From NCBI RefSeq assembly GCF_964204645.1, contig NC_134029.1:5456001-5520000 (forward strand): a DNA stretch of 64,000 nt, in the 5' to 3' direction. The translations under genes and the position numbers were made by a program. This document shows, in pieces, positions 18,727-32,700 of this stretch. Source of the stretch: Tubulanus polymorphus. Its lineage: Eukaryota > Animalia > Nemertea. Within the stretch, counting starts at the first letter, position 1. The number at the start of each line of letters is the position of its first letter. The notes under the pieces were generated by a model. It saw only the letters and a program-made list of their open reading frames with translations. It ran no database searches and was not told where the DNA came from.

Positions 18727-20322
18727 TCACATAAAGAAGAAAGATTAATTCGTTCGGAAATTTCGCCATCAGCAACCAAATATGTTTGTTCTCTGGGTGT
18801 AACTAATTCAGTCGTTTCTTTAAGTGCTCTTTGTTGAACGACAAATTCAGTGATATCTGTGATATTGACGATCCAATCATTAGCATATTTCTGTAATATC
18901 TAAAATGAGAAATAGAACGGGTTTGTGAGTCTCAACGCTAGGTTATACGGGATTCCTTTGGGATCAACAACTACTAAAACCAGACTAGAATACCTTGTGG
19001 AGTAATCAGATTTGAATACTATTAATTAACCTATGCCAAATCCAAATCTACTGGGGCGAATCATAAGTAAAATGATTTAATGAATTCCATACAACCAATT
19101 TTACTTTTTCCCACAAGATTCGTATTAACGGGGTTCCACAATACAGAGCACATAATTACCTGTCCTTTCAATCCTAGTTGAATGGCTCTACGGGATTGTT
19201 TTTCGAACGTTGGCGAATGATCAGGATCCCATTGTAATCGGACTTCGATCTCGTCTGTTTTGACGCCTTTGAGTTTCTGATACTTAGTGTAAAGATTAAA
19301 TTGCACTTATTGAAGCGGACTATGGGAAGACAAATGCATAGCTTATTTCAGACAGAGTTTCATACCTTCACAGAAAATGCGTTACGCAGTATTTCGTCGA
19401 ATCCTTGTCTTTTAATTCGAACGGCTAAAATTCTCTCTTGATCTTTCTTAGTTGCCCACCCACTACGATACATCATCCACAGAAAGTTGGTTTTTATCCA
19501 CGACATTCGCGTGAAGCTGAAATCATTTCCTCCGAATCTGAAGAACAAAGATAAGATAGAACAAGGTTCAATAACAACAATTTTGTTTTGAAGTTATGAT
19601 ACGGTATTCGATTGGCGGAATTCTCCTTAATCAGAGCTTTTGATTGTTTAAAGCACTAAGCCGTTTAGCCTATTTTGAATGCATTCTTATCGCAGCTAGT
19701 TCGTGTGTAGTCAGCAACCTCGTTTAGTTTAACGATCGGATATTTTCACAAACCACATATAACGTTGGTATAAGCCCATCCGATTATAAAAAGCTTACAA
19801 CCAACGATTAGGTAACTAACTAGTTCGTGTGGTGGCGGTGTTAGGACATCGACCAAGTCATGGTCATTAATCAAAGTATGCTGTTATAAGGGCTATTTCC
19901 CGCGCCAATGAATCTAAAGATTTTAAGACGTTTCTATGTATGTTCCACTCATTCACATGATGAACGAAAAAGCTCGTGCGTCAAATAAACAAGTTTAAAC
20001 TATAAAATCTCCACTCGTTAGTGATTATTATAAGTAATTTTTTTTATAAGTCAAAAGTCGTTTTTTCCTGAACTCACGCTGAAATTGGAGTTTTTTTTAT
20101 AGTCCCGTTTAAGCTTTTTACATTATCTACACACCCAATCTCGTCATATTATCCATATATCAGTCTATACCTTTGATTAACGACCGCATATTGTGCTATA
20201 GACGGCTTGAATGCTTGATATACTGTAATGGTTGACTCGTCGAACTGTGCTAGAATATGATTTCCATTTTCTGGCCATCGTTTTACTTGCGTCACGTACG
20301 ATTCCACGTCTGAATTCTGCAT
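18727..20322 (-). CDS. DUF4291 family protein, 4 exons
   Basis: Exons 20322-20171, 19537-19366, ~19282-19160 (acceptor ambiguous by 6 nt, both in frame) and 18899-18727, all with GT-AG boundaries. They give [101 protein letters not shown]...VRLQWDPDH...[10 protein letters not shown]...[13 protein letters not shown]...LVTPREQTY. The TVYQA, RMSWIK[11 protein letters not shown], VRLQWDP and RAIQLGL blocks are characteristic of DUF4291. Confidence 0.88.
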
Positions 20323-20717
20323 TCCGTATATTTATAGTCGCCGTTTACGAACATTCGTTATACTGTTACCGATATCGCGAAAAACCTGATCATATATAAT
20401 GAACTCATAGCGTCATGTCAAGGTGTTGCGCAATACCATTTGGTGATGTATCGCAGAGCGGCGCAGTTTTAAATCGAAGTGTCTGTATACGAGTTTCCAC
20501 CCTTTTCTTTTTATATATATATATAGTACCAGGGATACTGGATGATCTAAGCTACAGTTGACCCCCAAACTTCAAACTCGAGCCCCTGTGGTTTAGTCAA
20601 AACAGATACATGTATTTCGTTTAGATTATGCCGGCACCGGCCGACGCATGCCGCCGCGGCGCAACTCACCATGGATATAATCAACCGTAACGTGTTGCCA
20701 CCTACAAACATTGAAAC
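20323..20717. promoter_or_regulatory. Probable bidirectional promoter between the DUF4291 gene and SLC12A
   Basis: The two divergent start codons (20322 minus, 20718 plus) are only 395 bp apart. The region is CpG-rich and contains a (TA)n run. Confidence 0.6.
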
Positions 20718-23700
20718 ATGGCGGATGACAGCAGCGAAGCGCACGTTGACGGTGTCGATCCGAATAAAAACATCCAATTCGACCGCGAAGCAAGCGGCGA
20801 TAACGGTGAAAAACCTTCTAGTTTAAAACAGAAACCGAAATCACGCTTTAAAGTTGCAAAAGTAGATTTTGTTAACGAACACGGAGGATTTAAATTGGGT
20901 CGGCGCCGACAGAACAGTACAGCAAGTAACAGCAGCGGTACTCAACAGCAGCAGGCTGGAACTGGTAGCGGGGATACAACTCCTCCTCCGCTATCACCAT
21001 CTCACAGCGTACACCGTGATTCGATAAGTTCACCTACTTACACATATGATACCCGAAATGCCAAAACATTCGGTCACAATACGCACGAAGCGCTGCCCCA
21101 CGCCGATCATTATCGCAACCTGCTATCGGCGACCGCCGCGTTGCAGATGAAATCGCGGCCAACTTTGGCTCAGCTTCACGAAGAAAAGGTAATATGATCG
21201 GTTGATTTTTTTTTCTTCTGTACAGGTTTTGCAAATTTTTTCAAGTATCTGAATAAATTTTTGATAAATTCTAGGCCCCTGATTGACAGGATGTCGGATG
21301 ATGAATGATTTAATGAAAGTTCATGTTTTTGACATTTAGTAACATAGGCCTATACGGTCGTCATACAATTGCAAAATCATTAAAATCTAAGTACATCAGA
21401 GAAAAAGCACAGAAAAGAGAACCTCGCTGCCTAAAAATGTGTCTACTTGAAGATATGAATTGTTATATGGACCATGTTTCATGAATAGTTTAATCCTAAT
21501 CACAAGATTTTAAAGTTTATAATTCATGAAACTCGGTCTAGCTGGAATTACCATTATGATGCTCCAATATGTAGTCTGTCACTGTCAAGGTCAGAGTATT
21601 TAAGACGAGGCCTAATGAGTGAATGAACAGATCATTGCCAGATACCTATTCAATGCGCTTTATCCCTGATTAATTGCTCAATTTAGGTTCTGGTTAAAAG
21701 TTGCAGTGCCCTGGTAAGTTGATCATTGATTGTAACTGTCTCGTTTTTGGGTTAATCATTATTACAATACCTAATGCACAGTTTTTACCTAATGTCGATT
21801 TCGTATTTCTTAGTTTTTAACGAATTTATTGCGTATGAAATGGGCATTTTTTTAAATAGTCCTACTGTTCAGTAGCGGCAATGTTTCATATTTCATGTGT
21901 CAAGGTCTTCTAACCTTGAAAACCGGTTTTGAAATCGTTTGTTCGATGCACATTTTTGTTCATTACCAGGACCTGACATTTTAATTTAGAACACTGTGGT
22001 ACCTCGGATTTCTAGGCATTTTGTCGGAAGAACTACAAACATGCGACAGTTTTTGATTTTGAATTATACTACTGATTTAAAATCTTAAAGACTTCTTGGG
22101 ATTTTGTTTGAAGAGCTAGACGTTTGCCAATTTTTTTCTTTCAATTTTGAATTGCATAACTTGTTTAGAAATGTTTCTTGGGATTTCGTCTGAATAGCTT
22201 TTGCCAATTTGTTTGATTTTGAATTGTGTGACTGATTTGAAAAAGTTTTCTTGTCTCAGCAAGGCGTCTACTTTCAAAACCAAATCCACGACATGTTAAT
22301 TGAGGTTTGCTAAATATGATGCGTTTTTCGACTTTAAAAGCAGTATCTGTAACATAATTATTTTTTCCACTACAAAATGCTGTTGCACATGTTTTGTTTG
22401 GTAACCTATTCAGAAAAGTCATCCCGGTGCAGTTTTGTGATCATCTATTTTAAGTGTTGTTATTTTCGTATTCGATACTTATTGATTCCATGGCGAATGC
22501 ATTCAATACGGCTCATCCTCAGTAATAGAGGTAATATTAGATAGCTTTCATACATACATATATTCATAATATGTTTGATGCTGTATTTTCCCCCATAAAT
22601 CGATACAGAGTGCAATTTTATTCATGCGTTTTGAACGCTACACTTTTATTCATACGCATATGAAATTGTAAACGAAACTGTGGATTAAGCTCATAGTTTC
22701 CGGGCGTTAGTCACTGCGCGACTAGCTACCAATAATACATAGATTATTCATAGGCTAGTAGATTTTTCTGTTCAAGTCCACGCTTAACGCATTTTTGTGG
22801 TTTGTTTACAATAAATGTTTGTCCCTACGCCAGCAATTAATGATAATTTTATTTGCTGGTATCGGAAATGAATAGCCCGTATTTTAATGTTTAGCCATGA
22901 CCTCATGAATGTTAGATATTATCTAGAACCATCGGCCGTGATAACGTGTGCTTAAAAACTCTATTTACCATGCAGTAAAAAGTTTTATGCCAGCGAAATT
23001 GCACTGATAAATCGTTTTCCTGAAATTTGGATTTGTTCCGAAGTCTGATGGTCAGCAATAATGATCTGTCATTGATAACGATTAGTCATAAAAGTTCTAG
23101 TTTAGAATTGATATTTTTCCTCATTAGTTAATTCAAAGTTTAATAGAATAAGTACTGGGGTAGTTAAATTCTTGGTATAGCAGCGCCCCGCTGAACTTAA
23201 AGTTTGACTGACTTTGAATATACCAGTTGACCCACGCCTGAGTCCAGCACCCTTGATGAGCTAAAACATGGCACCCAGTGTTAAACAATATACAGTAAAC
23301 CTAGTTCAGCTAGGACATCCAACTCGCAAAATTGGTCCCAATTAAGCGGAAATCTGAGTTTACGGATAGAAATTTATGTCAGCAAGTCACAAAAATAGTT
23401 TAGTTTCTGTCTGAGCAGTCAAAAGGCATCTTCACCCGTCGGGATTTGAAGGTGAAGTTAGCCGATGTCTGAGTAAGGCAAGGTTTACTATGCAGAATTT
23501 CTGGACTCAGTTCCACGGTTGTTTAAAATCGAAATTCATTTGCGATATCACTAACTCTTGGCTAACACACACCTGTGGAATGGAGTCAACATTACCTCGA
23601 TTCAGTCGCTACTTCGCGGTTTTAATATAGCTGGTTTCTGTTTGCTAGGATGGAATTCTATTAACGGAAGAAAATGGAACGGCAAGAAAAGAGTCGAATG

Positions 23701-26700
23701 CTAGTGAAAGTATAGCTGTAAAGAAAAAAGATAAATCGGCCCCTAAATTCGGATGGATCCAAGGAGTACTAGTAAGTATTTTTGGACAAACATATAGATG
23801 CTCCGGCAATGTAATACTCTTGATTTTGAGGTGTTAGTGTAGGTATAAATTCTCCATTTTGCTGGTTGTTTCACCTGATAAAATAGTTGCTTGACTCTAC
23901 ATAATACTGCGGTTTAGAGAGTAAGTAAATGTAAACGTTTTCATGAATATTTGATTCTTTCCCTTTGACTGCGAAATAACACTATAGAAATCAAATCATT
24001 GAACTCAAAACAGGGTGACTACTGCCCTGTAAAACCTGGAAAACAGGGAATCAGAAAAAAGTAGAAAAAAACCAGGGAAAACTCTCGAAATTTGACACAT
24101 TGAGCAAAAAACCTTAGATAACAGGGAATTTGGATAATGCTGTTTACCTCGTGTTTCTAAATACATTACATTATTCATAAAAAATGAATAAATTGTAACA
24201 TTTTAATCCAAGAAATTTCTGAGATTCACTCAGTGAATAACATTTTTTGTTATAACACCCTGGGCCCAGCATGGACCCCTGTGAACCGTTAAAGCTGTTT
24301 CTGAATCATCGATGTATGTGGACGTATACATATGCACGTTGTATTGTTTCGTGATTCTCTCCGGTTCTCTGGAGAACGACATGTGAAATTCTGTCGGCTG
24401 TTTGAATAATGTCAGGTCGGTTGATGGGGGCTTTTAAATTCTACGCATACCGATATCGATTATAATAATACCTACATACACACAGAGAAATATATAGCAG
24501 TAAGAGGTGCACGTAACACATATTCATCAAAATGAGCTTCCGTATTATAGAAAAAATACGTGACCTAGTCACTCGTTTAGGTATTGCATGTATCCTCTTG
24601 GTGGATAATTGTATGCTTTCAAACAAATATAGCAATTCCGCAACTGTTAAAATTTAATGAGTCAAAAGTCTCGTTGCTAATCTGGAAATGCACGTACGAA
24701 CAACCTCCTCGGGGACTGTTGTCTGCTTTTGTTTTATTCGGCTGATTCTATTGGATTTACGACCGGTTTAGTGCTCTTAGATTGCTGTTTACAATGCTCT
24801 CAACATGTCTGATAACCGGCTTTATGAATTACTACCGTGCAATGAATCGTGATTTTTGGGACATTTCTCTGCGATTAGTATTAGCCTTGCTCGCTGAACC
24901 TGCAGTGCAGATAACAAACGCCGCCTTTTACTTTTCCACGTATAAGATATTTCACACTAGGTCCTATAACAAAAAGGTACAAAAAGCATCCCTGGCCTCA
25001 TGATATCAGTCATTGTCGTCATAAGATAAGTGATTGATAAAAAACCCTGAAATACTATTACCAACTAGCAGGAAGGAATGCACTAGCTGGGTCCCTATGA
25101 CTGCTTGATTCCTTATTGTCTCCTTCACAACGGAAAATGCTTTTAAAGGTGTTTTAAAGCGATTAAGGATCAAATCAAATAAAAGAAATACCGGTATCTT
25201 AAAAACTCTTAAATCTCAATCCTTTTAAATCGTAGGATGAAAACTAAATTGTTGTTTAACGTTGCTGTATTTACAGATAAGATGTCTGCTGAATATTTGG
25301 GGAGTGATGTTGTTTATACGTCTGTCGTGGGTCGTAGGTCAAGCTGGAATCGGTTTGACCACTCTCATTATACTCATATCAGCCGTAGTAACAACTATAA
25401 CGTCGTTGTCAATGTCAGCGATTTGTACGAACGGAGAAGTGAAAGGAGGTAAGCTCATGAAATCTATGGTATCTATCTAAAACAACTGTACTCGGAGAAT
25501 GAATAGTATCATCGATTTGATATCGGGAGAAATGGTCTATCAGTCGGAATATCTCTATATTGGGAAGAGCGTTCGATACGTTTTAATGGAAGTCCAAAGG
25601 TCGAAGGCTAAGAAAAACATTGCTTCATAAAATGTGGGCTCTGTTCGTTATAGATTTCCGATAATGTTTTTGTATATACGTTCACTAGGGGGCTTTGATT
25701 ATTGGAAAAAAAACGATGTCGTAATTCACATCACCTTCACCGATCCTCTGCGACGGTTTTTCCAATGACAGCTGTATTTGAGCTTTTTATTACCGTCGTC
25801 ATGTCTTCGTATATGTCTGAACCTGACAGTAATACGAGCATTTTCTATCACGCGACATCGCGTAAGCATCTTATCGGTTATTTTATACCCGTCTTCACTG
25901 CGATCCCCGCTGGATGTATCGGTCTGACGCCGACAGGAAGTCGGCGGCTATAAATTTCTTTTCGTATTTACGATCGGTTTATTGAATAATCCGTCAGTAG
26001 TAATAACGACGGCAATTCAGTCGCGTGCAAGAAATATACGGCGAAAGTTCGGCTCGTTTTGAAGTCACCGGCCATTAATATCTCGCGAACCTGGAGGCTC
26101 GGCGCTGGTTGACAGCGTACGGATGGCAAATTGATATCAATCTGATGGTAATTGCTCAGTTTGGACGTATTACGACGACTTAGCTTTGATTGATAGTCTC
26201 AAATAGATTGATTGTACGCTATAAGTCATCTGGCTGTGATAACGCGTACCTGGTCGAGAGACTCTATACAAGAGTCTTGTCTGAAGAACTGCTCATAGAT
26301 TTTGGTAACACTCAAGACAGTGAAGTATTCACATTGCTCCAGAAAACTAAATGTCCAGTTCCCGAGGTTCCCCGCTGAGCATTTTTTTATCGAAATCAAT
26401 TTTAGGCCTTTCCGCAATGATATCTTAATGAAAAATTATTGAAATGCTTGAGGTTAGTATGTTTGACTCGGGTGCCTCAGATTGCAAACAATGTTTTCGC
26501 ACTAAACATTATTTTCATCTTAAGGTAACTAAACAACAGCGTATAATGACATGGTAAATGTCAATCTAATTAAATGAAATGAACTGGCATCTGGGAGACA
26601 TTTCTTGAATCTTGCTTAATTAGCGGGTAGTATTAAAAAGCATACATTGATTACCAGTAGGATTCTAGAACTCATTAAATGTTTTTGCCGAGTATCTATA

Positions 26701-29700
26701 ATGAAAACCCCGGAGGGATAATACTGAATAGGTGCAGGAAAATGTGTTCCGTCGTTGGTTATAAATCGTCGGTTAGTCGGGTAGAGAGATGCTGCACTAT
26801 CGTGATTAAAGCACGCCAACCGGGAATCGATGCGGCTTTTAATGAATAAGATTTCTTTTTTTCACCTGAACGTAGGATGTAGAAGAGAACGCTGAAGTCG
26901 TAGGCGAGTGGTATTATCGGTGTACTCGCCGTATTTTGACTGATTGATTTGGTTTGTTTGTTTCAGCTGGTGTTCTCAGTCGCTTATCAACTATGCATTC
27001 GGGATTTATTTGTCGAATTGATCTTTCTATTAAAGCTGACCACGAGAAGTTCGCAGAGTATTGTGTCAACAATTCATACCTGTTGATGAACTTTTCCATA
27101 ATTGATGACGTCTATAGAATTCCTTGAATGATTCCTTAAAAACTCCTTCAAAATGCTTTTAAAGGTGCTTTAAACTCCTTTAATTTGAACATTGTGCACA
27201 TGACTCCTTCAGTCGTGAGAACGGGTAATTAGAAATTTTCTTCTAGTTCAAAGTAGTCTCTAAACCGATACAGTTGAGACCTAATTAGTTACCTAATTAG
27301 AAACCAAGTTGACGTAGGTTAAGGATAAAAATTTGCTCACAAAACCACCGAATTAATGGTTTACCAACATAAACAGTACCAACATAGAAAGAGTCTACTG
27401 TAATTGGGTTATGAAAGTGTTGTAGAAATTAAAAATTTTCTCCTTGAAAAAAACTCTTTAAAAACGACTGATCTGTAGGGAACTGGTTAGATATTCAGCT
27501 ATGGTGAAAGCTGATCAGCGCACCCGTCGATGGCTACTACTACCGTGGGGACAGTTTTTCGAGTTGACATTTACTAATAAAATTATCAGTTACTCTGTCT
27601 CCGGTTGTGTTAAGTACTACTTACGAAGCGCCCGGCTCACGCACGTGTGTATATTTATAGATCATCGCGAGTGCCATCGTCATCATCGTCGTCATATTGA
27701 TTTGTCTGATATTCGTTCCGCGCAGCCCGACGACTGATGACGGTGATGCGAAAATAATCCGTAATTCTGCCGTCTGTCTTGATCGGTTTGCAGGAACGGG
27801 TAATTGGCTAAGTGATGCCCGCGCGACACTCGAGGGAGACAGAAGTTTATGCGGGGTATAATTTACCGAGGATTCACGTTGTCTATGTATGAAAGGTCGT
27901 AGAGACGGTTTGCCTCGAGATATGTACACGTGCAGTACAGGTTTAGATATGTCTGTCACTTGAACTCTGATGAACGTCATTCGAGTTATTTCGGGGCCTC
28001 CGTCGTTTTAATATAAGATGAAAAATGAATGATATCGAAAATAGTATATTTCTAATCAACTAATGCTCGCAAACGCAGAACTTGTTACGTGAAACGTCCT
28101 GAAGGAGGGTTTCATCTTCCAGTAGCGAATTGAAAATGAAGAAATTTGTCACAGTGGGGATCGCGCCGAGCCGATGGCGGGAATCTCGTTTCTCACGTTT
28201 CCTCGGCGTGTTTAATGATGTTTCGTCGTGTAACCGAGTTTTAATTTCGATGTAATAACTTCTCGCCGTGGACGTGTTCAAACTGAATTTAACCCGACCG
28301 CCTCGGGTTTATCGTGAAAACGAACGCGAACGATTGCGATAGAAGAACGTGATAAGAATTTAGATTTTAGGAATGGTTATTTTGTTCAGCTTGCCTCTAT
28401 TGAATTTCTCAATAGATGATGGGTGTGAAAAATGAGAAGGAAATTTCATAAAAACGTTTAAATTCGAGTTTGAGAAAAATGTTTTGTGAAAGTATTTTAC
28501 CCCCTTTTTATGGCGTACCCGGTATGTGGAAGTCAGAATTTATGCACAAGCTGTGATAGAAGTTTTGTTTTAATCTGTCCAGATTGTCATCAAAACTGCT
28601 TATGTTATTGTACCATGACATGAAAGATTGTGAAAAGTCTGAAAAAAATGTGAAAAATCCTCGTTATTTTGATGTAAAAACATGTGAAAAAAGCCAAGCG
28701 TTAGGACATGATAAATGTGAAAATTCAAGAATTCATTAATCTGACCCCTGAAATTTATGCTTCATTTTCCTTCCAGGTGGAGCGTATTACATGATCTCAA
28801 GAAGTTTAGGCCCTGAATTCGGAGGCGCGATAGGCCTTATATTTTCATTAGCCAATGCAGTAGCAGTCGCAATGTACGTAGTGGGATTTGCTGAGACTGT
28901 CAGAGATCTCATGGTTGTAAGTATGCAATGAATGCTTGTTGCCACCTTGATTTACAGCTGAAGACATCCTTTCTCGACATTATCAGTGCCACTGCAATTA
29001 TCACTGATTCTTTCTCCAATACATGTGCTATTGTGTGATGAGTTAGGCTTGTATTCAGATAACTTAGACCCCTTCAACTATTCTTAGCAGACCAGACTAC
29101 CATTACTATTTGAGAGTAGTTACTTCTCTCTTTCAAGAGGTCAATTATTACCAAAATCATCAAAATGCATTCAAAATCAGAATGATTTGTAGTTAATTTT
29201 CGATTAAACTACTATTTTAAATGTTTGAAAATGAGCAAACTTTTTGATGTTGGCCGATATACTACGTTGGTGATTTTCTTTTCCTTAAGAAATTTGGCTA
29301 ATCGTCGGGGAATTTGGAAAGAAGCTAAGAATCTAGGAAAAATTTGCTGAGATAGCTAGATTGCGCATATAAACGAAGTTTCCGTATATGTCTTGCATAT
29401 ATTTCACTGTGTTAATTGATTGGTTTCTTAGCAGATCAAGTCAGGGAAAATGTCAGGGAATAATCAGGGAAAAGCGAGTCAAATAAAAGTGGCCACCCTG
29501 TAACGTGGTAACGATAAGAACTGATGAAGATGGAAACCTTCGTAATAAAACCTGTTGTCCAACGATCTGTGACCTTTGTTGCTTTATGAATGAACATACA
29601 TTTATCAAGCACGTATTTTTTTGTGGTTTTTTCGATGCTCCCTGTAAATAAGATTTATCTGCATCTTTCCGTACGTAATCATTCCAATTTCCTCGTCTGA

Positions 29701-32700
29701 CCGAATTGTGTTTATCTAATGGCGTAACCATAGAAATAACGCCGTGGCCAAATTTTTCCCATCTTACTCCACACTTCCCGTAACCACCCGTACTCTTCGC
29801 GTAACACGGACTATGAACCTATACCTTTTACTAGCTTTACAATGAAATGGTTGACTATTTACAAACAGGGAAAATAGAGGATAAATTTTTCTTTGAACAA
29901 ATGATAATAGTTCATGGTATTTTAGTTTGTTCTAATTTTCTTAATGATTTTCAAACCTGCCACCTGAATGCCACCATTTTGCTGACATTGTGTTTTATTT
30001 TCAGGCTCATAACGCCGTGATGGTCGACCCTACGAATGATGTCCGGATTATAGGCATATTAACCATGATACTTATTGTTCTTATAGCCGTTGTAGGCATG
30101 GAGTGGGAAGCCAGGGTAAGTTTCGCTAAGCTCATCGGATCTCATCGGATTCTAGTAATCTCATCACTTGAATCATCTCTTATTTTTTCAAATCAACTTA
30201 CTCAATGTAAGTCGTCATTGGGATAAGTCATTAACAACATAATGAACATCCCAACTAGTACAATGACTTAAGCCTAGCTCAGGTTGACTTATGACCCGAA
30301 TAGATCGTCAGTGGTAGTACACATGTGACCACTGATTTTCGATTCATTTGTCTCACGAAGTGCACTCAGGGCCAACTTCGGTTTTCGTCGCTAGTCGACT
30401 AGTGGTCGGAACTAATAGCCGAACACACTTTAGTTCGGTCGTAACGTATTTCACAGTGTCGGCCATCTTGAACCTAGGTCCGAACTGTAGCGACCGTGCT
30501 TAATTGCGTGGTCGACCATTTCTGGACTATAGTTCCGACTAACGGACATTTGGTTTCATTTAGTTCGACTTTAGTCGACTAACTCCGATAACCGAAGAAG
30601 GCCCAGGGCGACTATGATACTGTATACATTTGATGCAATACTCGTCGCTGATTGGCTATGGCGTTAAGATGAGTCGTGGTCAGTTAAGATGAGGAAATAG
30701 AGCTCGTTCTATCCCTATGATCGGTCATGGTCATAAGTGAACTCATGTCGAAAAGGTTCACGGTTAAAGAATCGCTGACTCGACTGCTTACGATCCGACA
30801 ATCTGATTGTACAATGTATTATAGTTGACTTGAGTTAGGCTTTAATCATATTAGGTTACCAGGGTTTAGCTCGATAACAAACTTGTACAATTTTATTACT
30901 TTATTTTGATCGTGGTCTTCACGGTACAATGATTGTTGATTATTGCGATTCATGTGTTGGTAACACAACTCTCTCCCCTCTCCTCTCTCATCTCTCATCT
31001 CTCTCCTCGCATAATGATGATAACTGAGAACGACCGAGGTTTTGATTAATTCACGGTTGTTATATCTACAGGTATAATATTTGATCTATTAATCCGGTAA
31101 CAACCGACAATCAATCTGTGATAGCGATATTAGATTCCCTCGTGTGTTATTATCCGTGCGTTGACTGATTGCGTTCATTAATTTCAGTTACTCAACCTCG
31201 CAGCGGTGAGGCTTCGCTGGAAATTACTCCCATATTTCCCTTATTAAAAAGCCTTGTATTTCCTGTTGATTTTCCGCGCAGTCCATTAGTTGTCTTTGAT
31301 TGATGCCACTACGATTTAAACTTAGAGAAAAACTTTTTCGAAATTTGAAATTTTCAGCTTGATGCTAAATTATTGTATTTTAATGATTTTTTTTTTCATG
31401 TTTTATTTTTTAGGCTCAGATTGGTTTACTAGTTATTCTAATTATCGCTATCATTAATTTCATCGTTGGTGCTTTTATCCCTCCAACGACCGAAAAAGCG
31501 GCTAAAGGTTTCACTGGACCTCAAGGTAAGACAATGTCGGGGGTCTTGATCCACAAGAAAAGGGCATTGAATATCAGTTTTCGCTCGTTGGAATGGTTAT
31601 ACCCTACGTGACTCCCGGGCCAGCTATTAATAAATCATCGTTTTGTAAACGTCTTAAGGTTATGTTTTGTTTTCCTGTGTAAATCTGCCCGAGGTCACCG
31701 TCGTCTTAGAAAGAGGCTTAAGACTTTCACTAAACCCTGCTTACTGTTGATTTGTTAATCCCAAGATTACCGTTACAGCCAACGTTGCTTTCGTGATATT
31801 ATCTATCCATCATTTTCAGACTTTTATAATTGAATAGTTTATGCAAAAATCTATTGCGGCACATCTTGAAAGCTGGAGAACGCTGCGCTGTTTTTTGAAA
31901 AAACAGGGTTGCCACTAGTCTGGAAATTGGGAAAAAGTGGAAAGCAAGTAAAAAATAGAAGTAGCCACCCTGAAAAAGTTTTTGGCTGAATTTTTTTGCT
32001 AGATTATATTTCGTTCTATATTGTATCGAAAGTTTAATCATTCTCGAAAATCATCGCGCGATATATCAGTCAACCCCTTCCACAAGCCCGTAATGAAACT
32101 CCGACTACGGCTTGAAATATAATACTGTTCTATGTATTCATGTTTATCATTAATATTGATCACTGGTATTAACAGCTAATAACGCTGTCTGGAAGCTCGG
32201 TGATAACTGTGATAACTGCTGAAACGGGGTGTCATTCGGTCATAATAAACTACACGTCCAAACTATAAATAATTCAGTGGCGAACGCGAATGTAGAATTC
32301 TCTGAGGTTGTATATGGTGTTACCACTGACTAAGTAATATTCGCCCACTCTTTATTATAAAATAAGCTGTTGCAGTCTGTAGCGATTCACGAGTGAGCGG
32401 GGTTAACGACACTCATAATCGTACAGTGTTCAGTTTATCTATGTATTGTTGCACATCTTATTGCTATCCATGAATTGCGTAGGTGAACTATGATATGAGT
32501 TAACTTCATAAAAAAATCCCCCCTCACTCAATCTTCTACAACCCAGTTTTCGCATACTAGCAATAACAATGTTTAGAATGCATATGAAATGATTTAATGT
32601 TAGTTATCAAAATGGCGAATAAGGTTTACACCGGTACTTCTTGATTCCTTGAAAAATGTTTTCTTGAAATGTCTGCAACAATGGCAGCTAGACTAGTCAT

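Noticed and set aside
27661-27799. Hydrophobic reading ([19 protein letters not shown]) in SLC12A intron 3, considered as an NKCC2-like mutually exclusive TM2 exon
   Set aside because: It derives from (ATC/GTC)n low-complexity sequence, is in the wrong phase with a stop in the required frame, and TM2 is already fused within exon 25277-25448.
22800-32300. Frequent GATAA motifs in SLC12A introns as a GATA enhancer cluster
   Set aside because: Density is not clearly above expectation for this base composition; it would need a formal test.
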